NCBI RefSeq assembly: GCF_006345805.1
Contig: NC_043005.1
Location: 26,970,001 to 27,034,000 of the forward strand
Source of the DNA: Octopus sinensis
Lineage: Eukaryota
DNA: 64,000 nucleotides
Direction of reading: 5' to 3'
Shown: in pieces, positions 13,500 to 26,716 of the stretch
Position numbering within the stretch: the first letter of the stretch is position 1
Layout of the letters: every line of letters starts with the position of its first letter
Position numbers and translations under genes: made by a program
The notes under the pieces: model-generated
Databases searched by the model: none
What the model was told of the DNA's origin: nothing
Seen by the model: only the letters and a program-made list of their open reading frames with translations

Positions 13500-13740
13500 G
13501 ATCATCATCATCATCATCATCATCATCGTTTAACGTCCGTTTTCCATGCTGGCATGGGTTGGACGGTTTGACTGAGGTCTGGAGAGCCAGCAGCTGCACC
13601 AGGCTCAAATCTGATCTGGCAATGTTTCTACAGCTTGATGCCCTTCCTAACACCAACCACTCCGAGAGTGAAGTGGGTGCTTTTTACGTCCCATCGACAC
13701 GGCAGCCAGTGGAGAAGTACTGGCCACAGCTACAATATTG
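13500..13740 (-). mobile_element. RTE-tail short repeat (family D) ending in (GAT)n
   Basis: catcatcgtttaacgtccgttttccatgctggcatgggttggacgg...gatgcccttcctaa. Copies at about 26300-26478, 27348-27720, 31915-32060, 37585-37830, 62345-62505 and 63625-63770. Confidence 0.7.
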
Positions 13741-16381
13741 GTTTTACTTTATCATTCATTCATTATTGTAATAATAGCAAGACGGCGAGATGGCAAAAAC
13801 GTTAGGATGTTGAGTGAAATGCTTAGCGGTAGTTCGTCTGTCTTTACGTTCTGAGTTCAAATTCTGCCGAGGTCGACTTTGTCTTTCATCCTTTCGAGGT
13901 CGATAAATTAAATACTAGTTGTGTACTGGGGTCGATCTAATCGACTGGCTCCCTCCTCAAAAATTTCGGGCCTTGTGCCTAGAGTTGAAAATAATATTGT
14001 AATAATAGCATAAGGATTCAAAATGCTTTCAATTCTTTCAGTATACAAGCGGTCCCAAAAAACTTTCTGTGATTAAAGTTGCCAGCAATGTAATTCGGTC
14101 TGGTCAAGCTTGGTCTAGAGCAATGCTCCTCAAACTTTTCTTTAGCTATCACCTTTTCTTTTTCTTATACTATCTCAATGCCCCACCCTCTCTACGATTC
14201 AACGAGATTAAATATACAATATATTACCAATCAGTTGATCGTCATCAAAAGACAATTTAAACATGGGTCATTTCATCAAAATAATAGGAATGTCAAAACA
14301 ATGATGTACCAATGTATGAGCATTAAAAGCTGGTGGTTGAAGGGCCAATACATGCGCTGACAGAGAAGTGCTTGAGAGAAAGTTGGAAGTAGAAAACTTT
14401 TTGCTGCTCATGACAGGTACTAGAAGACAATGAAAATGAGATTCTACATCCATCTCTGAGAGATAAGTAAAGAACCACTCCACCTCTCCAGTCAATAGGG
14501 AATCATTTTTCAAGGTGACCTAAAAGGATGAAGGGCAAAATGCAGAACGCAAAATGATACATTTAAACACCTCAAGTCATTTTTCAGATGCTGCAGTGAT
14601 TCTGCTGCTTTGGTGCCTTTTATTGAACTTGGTGCTCCAGTTATTTTTAGTACTGCTTTTACTTTCCCTCAACACATTCTGCTTATTTCCATTACAAGAT
14701 CCTTGAATTTTATAGGCTTCCTGACTTCCAGACAGGTGTTATTTAGGGTCAAAAGTCAGTTGAGATGTTCAACAGAGTATCACCCTTACTGAATTTCTAC
14801 TTTCAAAACCATACACAAAGTTTTTATCTTTTTATTAAGGAGGGACATGTAGTATCCCTGGCCCTCTACAGAGTCCCAGAGAAAGACAGGGTGGGGGGAT
14901 AAGGAGGTATCTTCAAACCAGAAACTAGGCCAAAATTGGTTCCATTAAAAAGTACTTAAGGTAGCCAGGTTGTGTTTTTAAACCTGACAATAGATTAAGT
15001 CAACCACACTAAATATTGAGATATTTTTTTCCTACATGGCACTCTGTTATAGGTGTGGAAAAGGTAAAATTTCTTCAAATTACAAAAATTATTAACAGAA
15101 GTAGAGGAAATATACGTGGCACTCTGTTGGTTACAATGACATGGGTTCTAGTTGATCCAATCAACAAAACAGCTTGCTCTTGAAATTAACGTGCAAATGG
15201 CTGAGCACTCCACAGACACATGTATCCTTAACGTAGTTCTTGTAGAGATTCAGCGTGACACAGAGTGTGACAAGGCTGGCCCTCTGAAATACAGGTACAA
15301 CAAAAACAGAAAGAAAGAGTGAGAGAAAGTTGTGGTGAAAGAGTACAGCAGTGTTAGTCACCACCCCCTGCTGGAGCCTCGTGGAGTTTTAGGTATTTTC
15401 ACTCAATAAACACTCACAATATCCGGTCTGGGAATCAAAACCACAATTCTACAACCATGAGTCCACTGCCCTAACCACTGGGCCATTGCACCTCCACTAG
15501 AGGAAATACAGAACTACAGAAATACCCATTAAACACTACAATAAAAACATTTTTCGTGTTAATCGAAACAACACTGGAAAATATGAAAATAAATAGAAAA
15601 AAAGACAACCCAATAATTCACCAGCCCTTTTTTCTTTCATATCTGAAATTCTTTTGGAATTCTCTCCTGGCTAATAATTTTCCTTCAAATACCATCTTAC
15701 AGGTGTAACTGGACAGCAATCACATCACCTTCTCCAATCTAGGAGAGAGGGTCTAAAGAAAATAAAAATAAAATAAAGAAAGGTGTGGTTGTGTGGTAAG
15801 TAGCTTGCTTACCAACCACAGGGTTCTGGGTTCAGTCCCACTGCGTAGCATCTTGGGCAAGTGTTTTCTACTATAGCCTCGGGCTGACCAAAGCCTTGTG
15901 AGTGGATTTGGTAGATGGAAATTGAAAGCTCGTCATATATATGTATATATGTATTTATATGTTTGTGTTTGTGTGTGTTTGTTCCCCACCATCACTTGAC
16001 AATCAATGTTGGTGTGTTTACATCCCCATAAATTAGTGGTTTGGCAAAAGAGACGGGTAGAATAAGTACTAAGGCTTACAAAGAATAAGTCTTGGAGTCA
16101 TTTTGTTCGATGAAAGGCTGTGCTCCAGCATGGTCGCAGTCAAATGACTGAAACAAGCGAAAGAATTAAAGAATAAACTAATTCAACAAGAAAAGGTTTA
16201 ATATTGAGCTTTATTGAAAATACAAAGAAGAGTTACCTAAAGGGAGAGAATCATGTCCATAGATTATGATCAGATACATCGAATATATGGAGGACTTGCT
16301 ATCACATAGATTAACAACTGATAATATAATTCTGGTGCCTTAACAGCTTCCATTCGGGTTGAATTGAGGGAGATTCTACTC

Positions 16382-16595
16382 TAGCGGTTCTCAACAGTAG
16401 CTCTCAGGGAAACATGTGACTCTCAAGCATCCTTCTAGTGGCTCCCAATGGTCTTCCCTCTATAAATATAACACTTCTTTTTTAAGTGATTTGTTTTTTG
16501 TTTTTTTTTGGTGCACCCTCCCACGACCACCACCACTAAAAAAAATGCAGGTTTTGGATCTGTCCCCGATATATGAAAAGAGTTGAGAACAGCTG
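16382..16595. mobile_element. hAT/Charlie-type MITE
   Basis: TIRs tagcggttctcaac / gttgagaacagctg, flanked by an imperfect 8-bp TSD ttctactc / ttctacag. Confidence 0.65.
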
Positions 16596-18201
16596 TTCTA
16601 CAGTCATTTCACCTGATAGAAATAGCAGCTAAATGTCCATAAAATTAGACCCTAGTATGAAGAAAGAGAAGAAGGAGGTGAATCAGATGGGTTTGAAGAG
16701 AGGAGCCAAAACTAGTTATAGCAGAGGTGGATGCGACATGAAGAGGGTATCACTACATCAATGTGGCTAAGTTGATTTATTTTAACTACATTACATGATG
16801 ATGAGGTCTTGGTCATTGTTTTGTAAAAGGACTTGCAAAACAGTAAGATCTTGATCTTTCATTAATCCAGTTACAGCTTACCAAGGAATTTCTCCTGCAC
16901 AAATCTAGGGTCACGTCTCACTGGAGTGCTTCAGTATATACAAACCCAAGGCGACCTCTCTCCATGGAGACTTAGCATACACAGGTAGTCTTTGTCACAG
17001 GCGTTTCATCACTCCAAGGAAGTTCAAAATACCAAAAGACAAAGACAAAGCAAACTCATGCCTCACCAGAAAGACTCAATATGTACTCACATCTCATCAG
17101 AGTGACTCAACAAACACAAATCCAGGCTCAATAAACAAAATTAGTCCCACTTCTCAACAGGGAAGCTCAATATAGACAAAGCCAATCTCATTTCTTATCG
17201 ACAAGCAATTTTAATTTGAAATTCTTAAGAATGTTTAACAATTAAAAAATATAACAAAATATACATAAATGTAAGACCATTAACAAACGAGAGAGAGAAA
17301 ACCATTAAAATACCAACTTAGTTGACATTTGCTAATTCTTTCAACATTTCCACAGTAATACCTGCCCCAACCAACCAACATCTTTACATTATTTCTGTTC
17401 TAAAATGAATGTGATAATATAAATGTTGAAGCCATTAATGTAACAGTCAGAAGATGCTTTTCCTAATGCTAAACCCCGGACTGTAAGGTTATCGAATCTA
17501 TATTTCATGAATCTTGTTGCTTTTAGCAGAGAAATGACTTTGTTTAGAAGATTTAGAATTAGGTCTCAATCAGATGTAATTCGAAATATTGTTGTACTAT
17601 GACTCAGAAGTGGGAAAATCTCAAATCCTTCATCGGTTTAAATAGAGTTGAATCAGTATTTTACAACCAAGTCACCTATTCGTTGTATAATAACAGGACT
17701 AAGTAAGCATATGCCAATCAAGAACCCCTAGCACTTTTTTACTCAGAAAAATTATTGTAGTTACTTTGAGGGACTTCCCAAAACAAACACACAGCTGAAC
17801 TGGTCCTTTGAAAAGAAGAGATCCTAAATAAACAAGAGGGTTAAAGATTTTTCTTCTCTTCACTGCAATGAAATTCCTATTGTGCAAGAGATGACACGCA
17901 CACCCCTTCCAGACCATTTTTAATGAGTATGTGTGAGTAGAGGGTAATGCTCAAGCATTCTCTTATATTGAATAAGTGTTAAGTGATGCAATCAGTCAAA
18001 AACAAACAATTTACACAAACACACACACACACACACACGTGTTATATATATATATATATTATAACAAACATTTTATATTTTGGACATAGAGTTACCCAAG
18101 GTTTTGCATCCACAAAGCAAAGCCTTGTGGACAGTTCGTAATAATTACTGCTCTATTCCCTAGAGTGTACTTTTTTCTGTTATATGCTTTTTTATTAACT
18201 A

Positions 18202-18245
<44 letters not shown>

Positions 18246-18362
18246 ATATAGTATGTGTGTGATGATAGTAGAGGGTAACTAATCTCAAAAATGCATCATT
18301 CTTTCTTTTTCTTTCTCTCTGGAAAGCCAAGCAAATTACAAATTTATAGTTGATTCGGTCAC

Positions 18363-18510
18363 CTCCAGTATGTAATCAATATTCATTTTATTGATTCTGT
18401 ACCAATTGATGACACAAAATCAACTGCAAAGGAATTAGTACTCAGAATGTCAACAGATAGAACCAAAATACTGTATTGTATTTTGTCCACCATGGTTTCA
18501 GCAACTGAAT

Positions 18511-18544
<34 letters not shown>

Positions 18545-18629
18545 GTATTTAAAGTCAGAACATAAAAGGATGTATATAAATAACACGAGATACTATGTTC
18601 AATGTGCTATAGAATACTTCAAACTACTT

Positions 18630-18661
<32 letters not shown>

Positions 18662-18822
18662 GAGAACATTTGGTAAACAAGCTGGAATTTGAGAGACACA
18701 GGGTTCGATTCTCTGCAGAGATGCTTTCTGGCCACTGTTTCTTTATCTTCTAAAATATTTACCCAGTTTTCTAAGCTGTCTTCACAGCCATCTCACATTC
18801 AAGAATTTCTTTATTTTCTATA

Positions 18823-18858
<36 letters not shown>

Positions 18859-20788
18859 ACACAATATTCCTGTGGGCTTCAACTGACCACATGGAATACT
18901 GTTGACTCTTGGAAGTAATTTGCAGACATCACAGAGGTTTCTAGAAGAGAAAGAGGCGACAGCAATACAAACACATTACATTCAAAACTGCAGCAGATCA
19001 TTTAATGTGTTAATACTATTACATGTCACTCAGCTGATGTGTCTTTTGATAAAATTAGGTGCATTGTGTGGTTAAGGAACTTACTTCACAGCCACATGGT
19101 TTCAAGTTCAATTCCAAGATATAACACATTGGGAAAGTAATTTTTTCTATAGCCCCAGACTCACCAATGACTTATGAGTAAAGATGTTCTACAGAAACTG
19201 TTGAAAGCCAATCGTGTGTGTAAGTGCTTAATTATTCTTTTCTACTCTAGGCACAAGGCTCAAAACTTGGGGGAAGGAGGCCAGTCGATTGGATCGACCC
19301 CAGTATGCAGTTGGTACTTAATTTATTAAACCCAAAAAGGATGAAAGGCAAAGTCAACCTCGGCAGAATTCGAACTCACAATGTAAAGACAGACAAAATA
19401 CTAAGCATTTCGCTCAACATGCTAACATTTCTGCCAGCTCACTGCCCTAGGTGCTTGATTGTTGCTTAAGTGACGACACTGGAAGTTGTGGCATGTCAAT
19501 AGTGATATCATGTCTCGGTTCATTGTTGATGTTATAACTGGCAGTTCTATAGTTTTGAAGATTTGTGCAATAAAAATCCCTTACTTGGAAAACAGGGAAA
19601 GGATTCATGACAAGAAGAACGCCTGGCCATAAGCATCGTGCCACAACTGATTCAGTCATCCAACCCATGCTTGCATAGAATAACAAATGTGGAATGAATG
19701 AATGAATGAATGAATACCAGACAGACGGACAGAAAATAGAGATACAGAGGGGGAGATGTAAGTAGTGGTAGTAGGAGTAATATCCTTAATCCTAAAGCTT
19801 AGATGTCTGTAAATCAAAAATAAAGTACTTGGTGTATTTGAAGGCAGTGTGTGTGATTTTATATTTGTATCAGAAATAAACACCTGTGTGGTTTGTAAAC
19901 CTAAAACGCTCAGGAATGTTTGTAGAAGTATTTGTGTATTATGGGAAAGTAATCATCCAGCCATGTCACTAGAAACAGTGATGCCCAACTCACTCGAATT
20001 TCCGGACCTTGCGTCAAAATTTGAAACCATTATTATTATTATTATACTCCTTAAAGCAGCAATGTGAAGCTAAAATACATAACAGCTCTAGTAGCATCAA
20101 TGCATACTTAGTGTGGTAACACAGAATGGTAGCATTGGAAGATGACACCTCACTGAAATCGACTTTACCTTTCATCCAGGATCGATATAAACTTGCGGGC
20201 CTTGCGTCAAAATTTTAAAACCATTATATTACTATGATTATAATTATTAAACTTCTTAAAGCAAAAATTCGTTAGATCAGTCCTAGGCCAAAGGTTCGCA
20301 TACAGACATCGCCAATAAAATTAGTTTCGAGAGTTCTCTCCCTTGCAAGAATACCTTCCCATTCATTATTTGCTGTCACTGGCTTTTCGTTGGCGATGTA
20401 ATTTTTGTGAAACATTTTTGGGTTCACTGCCTAATGTGTAATTACTTACACCAAATGCACACACAACACAAATATACACAGGGGACTGTAATGGGTTGCT
20501 GTGGTGGTGATAAGGTGTTAATGGGCTGTGGTAGTTTTTGTAAATAGTAAAGAGTTGGTGGTGAACAATGTTATGTATTATAATGAATTGAAATTAAAAC
20601 AAAATACCATGATTTAACACGAGCACCTTAGTACAAATAACTGTCGTCGAGCTATACTGCAGCTACAATAACCACCATAACTACCAACAACAAACGTCAC
20701 AAATTAAGAAGGAATAAACATCAATTACCTTCTTTTTTTCGTTCAGGTTTTCTCTCGACCATTGCGTTATTTCCCTTAAGCATGACAT
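18363..20788 (-). other. Candidate spliced transcript (lncRNA or small-ORF gene)
   Basis: Exon-like segments with AG/GT boundaries at 20729-20788, 20355-20430, 18888-18940 and 18363-18504 splice to an 83-codon ORF with no recognisable homology. CpG retention around 20.3-21.1 kb and CpG decay on the lower-coordinate side are consistent with a transcribed unit. Confidence 0.3.
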
Positions 20789-22502
20789 TCAAGGCTGATA
20801 GCAACGTAGTATTCCATTAACCAGATATATGCTTGCAGTTGAGGATTCACCTCATCGTCATAACATCTACTTTTCCAAGCATGTAAGGGGTCAAATGGAG
20901 TTCGAGGTAGATTTCCAACAGCCGAAGCCCTTCCTTGTGCCAACCCTCACCCATTTCCAAGCAAGAGATAACATTCCCCATAGCCAGACATGTTTTCTTA
21001 GAAAAGTGGTAATAAATGGCATTGCCTCTATGTTTAACAGTGACACTCATTCAAATATCAAGCAATGTCAAGTCAAAGAGAAACGAATATACGCGTCCTT
21101 TGTTGGTCAAAAGTCAACCGACAGTAAATCAAAATTCCATAAATATTTAATATTCAATTTTATTTATTCATTCTCATTATGAATATTTAATAATTGAATG
21201 CTGTGAGTTAAAATCACCGTTTTGTTTTTTTTTAATAATTTTTTGTTTTAATCTTGATTTATTGTCAGGTGACTTTTGGTCAAACCTGTATAAACAACAG
21301 ACTTTTTGCAGTTTCTCTCTATCAAATCCACTCACAAGGCTTTGGTTTCCTAGGTCCATAACAAGACACTTCAGGTGTTACACACCTTACACATGGCCAG
21401 GTTTCAGATATTTGAGTACAGAATAACAAAAATGGTCTCGCAATCTTTGATACACTCTGATGGTTTGGGGGTTTATCAGCAGGAAGTGACACTACAAAGA
21501 GGCATTGAGTGAGTAAGGGAACAAACAACTAGAGAAATAGGGAGTTACTAACTTGGGTCGGATAAATTAGTTGCAGAATAGAGAATTCCCTTCTTTGGAA
21601 AATATAGACAAAAGTAATAGGAGAGAGAACAGTTACTGAGCTAAGGAGTAAACATGAGTTATTCCACCAAGTAGTTGTTGAGCAAAGTGTTGTTAGAATA
21701 AGAATAACTGAATTGGTATGCTGCAGGAACAATATATTGGGGGGGGGAGGGGTAAGATTGTCCACTTCCAGTCTTCTGTAAAAAAAAAAAACATGTGGTC
21801 ATGAGAAAATATTACCTTACTTGGAAATAGGTGAAGGTTGTTGAGAGGAAGGGCACCTGGTCATGGAGAATCTGCTTCGTCAATTTCTTTATGACCCATG
21901 CAAGCATGGGAAAGTGGGGGTTAAATAATCGTGGTATATAAGATGCCATAGAGTCTAAAAGAATTTGCAGCTATCAGTGAGCTTGGGTGCCATAGAGTGC
22001 AAAGAAAAATTTTGGCTTCCAGAAACAGGCCCTTCATGTTGCTATAGTTACTGGCAAAACAGTAGCCATATTCAGTTTACTGATATTTGAATTCCAAAAC
22101 AACACACATCTTAGTAATATCAACATTTTATTGGGTTTTCCAAATGTTTTTAAAGAGCTTACACTAACAAAAGAAAAAAAAAGAATTGAATGACTGTTAT
22201 GATGGTGGGGATGTAGCGGTGGTGGGGTATAGGGTGGTGCGGGTGATGTTATTGGTGAGGTTTGGCACCGCAAAACAACACTTACCTGTTACTATCAGTC
22301 ATTCAATTCTACAAGGAATGTTAGGAAAATTGGAATAGGTTTTCTTGTCATTTTGTTGTTGCTGTTGTTCAGAAATGAAATTGTCACCACCCCAATTATC
22401 ATCATCATCATCATCGCCATATATGTTGAAAAAAAAAACTTAAAATCTTATATATGGATACAAAAATAATATCAACAAAATATATAAAGCAATGACCAAA
22501 AC

Positions 22503-22852
22503 TATATATATGTGTGTGTGTGTGCATATATACACACACACATATATATATATATATATACACACACACATATATGTATTATATATATATGTATTATATA
22601 TATGTGTGTGTATGTGTGTATATATATGTGTGTGTGTATGTGTATATATATGTGTGTATGTATATATGTGTATGTATAATATATATATATATATATGTAT
22701 ATGTATATATATATGTGTATATATATATGTGTGTATGTATGTATATATATATATATGTGTGTGTGTATGTATATATATATATATATATATGTGTGTATGT
22801 ATATATATTATATATATTTATACACACACAAATATACATATAAGAGAGAGAG
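22503..22852. repeat. Compound (TA)n/(TG)n low-complexity tract
   Basis: Seen directly. Confidence 0.95.
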
Positions 22853-23156
22853 ATCAAGTGCCAAGGTATGTAGAAGAACAAATAAGTAAAATATAAAAGG
22901 ATATGAGCTTGATTATTAATCAGATTAATTACTAATAATGAAGGTAAATGTTTCTAAGGCTCCTAGGAGCTTTGAAGAGCCATAACAAGACTGTAACATC
23001 ATTATATTTACATAGATAAGAGAGAAATCTCCTGATTAGGATCCTGATCTGTCACAAATAACTTCACCAGAAAACAAATATTGTTTTAAGTGCAATGTAA
23101 TTAACTGAATTGACCCATCACAACCACACACCAAAATATTATTGGTGATAATAATA

Positions 23157-25662
23157 ATCCTTCTTACTAAAAAAAAAACACCTGAAATTTGGCAAGGAAG
23201 GGGTTAAGTTGATTACATTGAAACCCTAGTATGCAACTGGTATCTATTTTTATCCCCTGAAAGGATAAAAGGCAAAGTTGATCTGAGCAAAATCAATAAT
23301 AATAATCTATTCTACTAAAGGCTCAAGGCCTGAAATTTTGGGGGAAGGGGGACTAGTCAATTACATCAACCCCAGTGTTTCACTGGTACTTAATTTATTC
23401 ACCCCAAAAGGCTGAAAGGCAAAGACGATCTCGGTGGAATTTGAACTCAGAACACAGTGGCAGGCAAAATACCGCTAAACATTTTTCCCAGCATGCTAAT
23501 GATTCTGCCAGCTTACTGCCTTAATAATGATATTAATAATAGCTTTAACTTATTTCTGGCAGAAGGCCAGCAATTCTGAGGGGACAAGGGTTAAGTCAAC
23601 ATCATCAACCCCAGCACTAGACTGATACTTTATTTCATCTCGCCTGGAAGAAAAAAAAAAAAAACCAAGGTTGATCCCAACAGGATTTGAACTCAGAATG
23701 TGAAGAGCTGAAACTATATACTGCAAAGTATTTTTGCTGACACTAATAATAATATAACAACAACAATAATTAAAACCACAACAAATAATAGAATTCAGAG
23801 GGTCAAACACAATTAACAGAAAAAAAGCTGATTTTAATTAATAATAACTATCATTATTTATAACTTTGGTACAAGGCTGTATATAATTCTGTAGAGAAAT
23901 AGTGTATCAACCCCAATATATGAATGGTATTTATTTTATCAACCCCAACGTGAAGGAGTATAAAGTAAATTTCAGCTCACCACAAAAAGTGACGCAACTA
24001 TATGTAACACATTTTATTTGGTAAAACCAATACATGTAGCATTACCAAATTGTCTGGCACCACCAGTTATTTTTCATTTTTTCTACTTCAGGATGGGGAG
24101 TACCAGGGTACCAGTGTTGTAATCTATTAGTTCACTTAGTAACTATGATATTCAAATTTTTTGAGTTCACAAAACAGGTTATAAGACCACAGATGTCGAG
24201 AGAAGTTATTACAGACAATAAAATCGACCCAAGTATTTGATTGGTGCTTTATTCCTTCCATTCCAGAGGGATTAATAACAACAATAATGACAAAAAAATT
24301 TACCTTGGAATTATTTTTAAAATAAAATAAAAGAAAAATAGGAATCATTGATACAGTTGATAATGATGATAATAATTATTATTATTTTCAAATTTTTGCT
24401 ACAAGGGCAGCTTGTGGGAGATGGGGATGAGTCGACTACATCAACCCCAGTGTTCAACTGGTACTCATTTCATCAACCCCAGAAAGGATGAAAAGCAAAG
24501 TCAACCTCGGTGGAATTTGAACTCGGAATTTAACAACAGGCAAAATACTGCTAAGCATTTCGTCCAGCGTGTTAACAATTCTGCCAGCTCACCACCTTAA
24601 AATAATAATAATAATAATGATCCTTTCTATTGAAGGAACAAGGCCTTGAAATTTTGTGGGGAATGGGACTAGTCAATAACATCGACCCCAGTGTTTCACT
24701 AGTACTTAATTTATCAACCCCGAAAGAATGAAAGGCAAAGTGAACCTCGGTGGAATTTGAACTCAGAATGTAGTGACGAGCAAAATACTACTAAGTATTT
24801 CGTCCAGTATGTTAACGATTCTGCCAGCTCACCACCTTAAAATAATAATAATAAGGTTGTTGTTGATGTTACAAGAATATAGAAACACCAAGAATGTGAA
24901 ATAATTTTTAGGAACAGTGATTCTTGAAGCAAATAAAAAGCCTTTAATAACAATATGTAAATGAAGGATCAAAATCCTTTTAGACAGAGAAAGTTGGAGG
25001 AAGCCCTCAACTTTTTCAACCCAAAGGGTTTCAAACTAAATAATTGCAGGTTAGTATTTTTAGCTTTCTAGCTTCAAGATTCACTGTTCCTAAAAAGAAT
25101 AACGACAATTGTTTTTGATTTAGGTACAGGGCCAGCAATTTTGAGGAGGGGGGTAAGTTGCTATGCCAACCCCAGTACTTGACTGGTACTTTATTTTGTC
25201 AAGCCGTAGAGGCATGAGAAGGCAAAAGTTGGCCCCCAGTGAGATTTGAATTCAGAATTTAAAAGAGTTGAAAAAAAAAGAAAGAAAAAATGCAAGGCAG
25301 TTTTCCCTAACATTGTAATGATTCTGCTAATCTCACCGTTTCTAACACAGGCACAAGGCCACAAGTCTGAAGGTGACGGGGAAGAAAAGGGTATATACAG
25401 CCGACTCAAACTGAGGATGAAAGGTAAACTGGAGCCCTGCAGAATTTCAACTCAATAATAATAATCTTTTCTATTATAGGCACAAGGCCTGAAATTCTGG
25501 GGGGAAGGGGACTAGTTGATTACATCGACCCCAGTATGCAACTGGTACTTAATTTATCAACCCCGAAAGGATGAAAGGCAAAGTCGACCTCGGTGGAATT
25601 TGAACTCAGAACATAGTGACGGGCGAAATACTGCTAAGCATTTCATCCGGTGTGTTAACGAT
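23157..25662 (-). repeat. Co-oriented cluster of about 8 family C SINEs separated by (AAT)n
   Basis: Repeated motif cgaccccagt...ctggtacttaatttatc...ggcaaagtc, with all recognisable copies on the same strand. Confidence 0.8.
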
Positions 25663-25873
25663 AATATTAATAATAATAATAATAACAATAACTGAAATTA
25701 ATACTGTGAATAACAGTTGTAAATATAAATATATATATTTATATATTTCAGGTTCAACATTATAATTGTGCTTAAAATATCAAGGTTTGTCTTTTTTTGT
25801 TAGGTATTGTTTCATGTTTTCTTTTCCTTCTCAACCCCCCCCCCCATCCTGAGTCCAGTTCTTCTGTAACACA

Positions 25874-26001
25874 TCAGTTGGTCTTCTTGCCAATCTCGGA
25901 GTAAGGTGGTGGTGGTTCACTAGGACTTGGCATGTACACATTGTGAGGGTTAGCAGGGTTGTAGTAGGCACTTGACGCTGCTGCTTCTCGAGCTTTGGCA
26001 T
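25874..26001 (-). CDS. WBP2: WBP2 terminal coding exon 7
   Basis: ttccaccag acceptor. Encodes (D)[41 protein letters not shown], matching the WBP2 C-terminal [17 protein letters not shown] motif. The seven exons sum to 735 nt = 244 aa plus stop, with no frame conflict. Confidence 0.95.
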
Positions 26002-26678
26002 CTGGTGGAACAGAAAGAAATCAATTCATCAATAAACCAACATTTCATCAATTCTATACAACAGGGGTCATAAACCATCAGGCTGCTGACCGATGCAGGG
26101 CCATGGATCATTTGGGATTAGGCCTCACAGAACGAATACATTTTTTTTAAAATTCAATTTTTATTTTCAGTATCAGAGCCACTGAAGTTTGTAGAGGAAT
26201 CTAACCAGTAGCATTTAGCTTCCTCTGCTAATTCTTGTTTATTTACCTGTAAGAATTACAATATTCTGATTCATTCCATAGTCAGGTATTTGAGGATTCT
26301 AACCCCACCCCATGGCACCCGTGCAGGTGGCACATAAATGCACGCATTACACTCTCGGAAGGGTTGGCGTTTGGAAGGGCATCCAGACTGGAGGCTTGCG
26401 CAGCCTTCCAACTTACCAGCCCGGTCAAACCATCCAAATCATGCCAGCATGGACAACGGACATTAAATGATGATGATAATATATATAGATATATATATAT
26501 ATACATATATATATATACACGATGGGCTTCTTTCAGTTTCTGTCTACCAAATCCACTCACAAGGTTCTGGTTGGCCCGAGGCTATAGTAGAAGACACTTG
26601 CCCAAGGTGCCATTCAGAGGGGGACTGAATCTGGAACCATGTGGTTGGGAAGCAAACTTCTTACCACACAGCCTCGCT

Positions 26679-26716
<38 letters not shown>

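Noticed and set aside
16922-17016. Possible C/D box snoRNA on the minus strand (GTGATGA...CTGA, about 80 nt)
   Set aside because: The terminal pairing (ggagtg/cactcc) overlaps box C instead of flanking it, and I recognise no rRNA or snRNA guide.
20308-20399. Short inverted repeat acatcgccaa/ttggcgatgt as MITE TIRs
   Set aside because: Only 10 bp are perfect, there is no TSD, and it is a single copy in the window.
23157-25662. CRISPR-like repeat-spacer appearance
   Set aside because: These are diverged SINE copies of about 200 bp with irregular spacing in eukaryotic DNA, with no cas genes.
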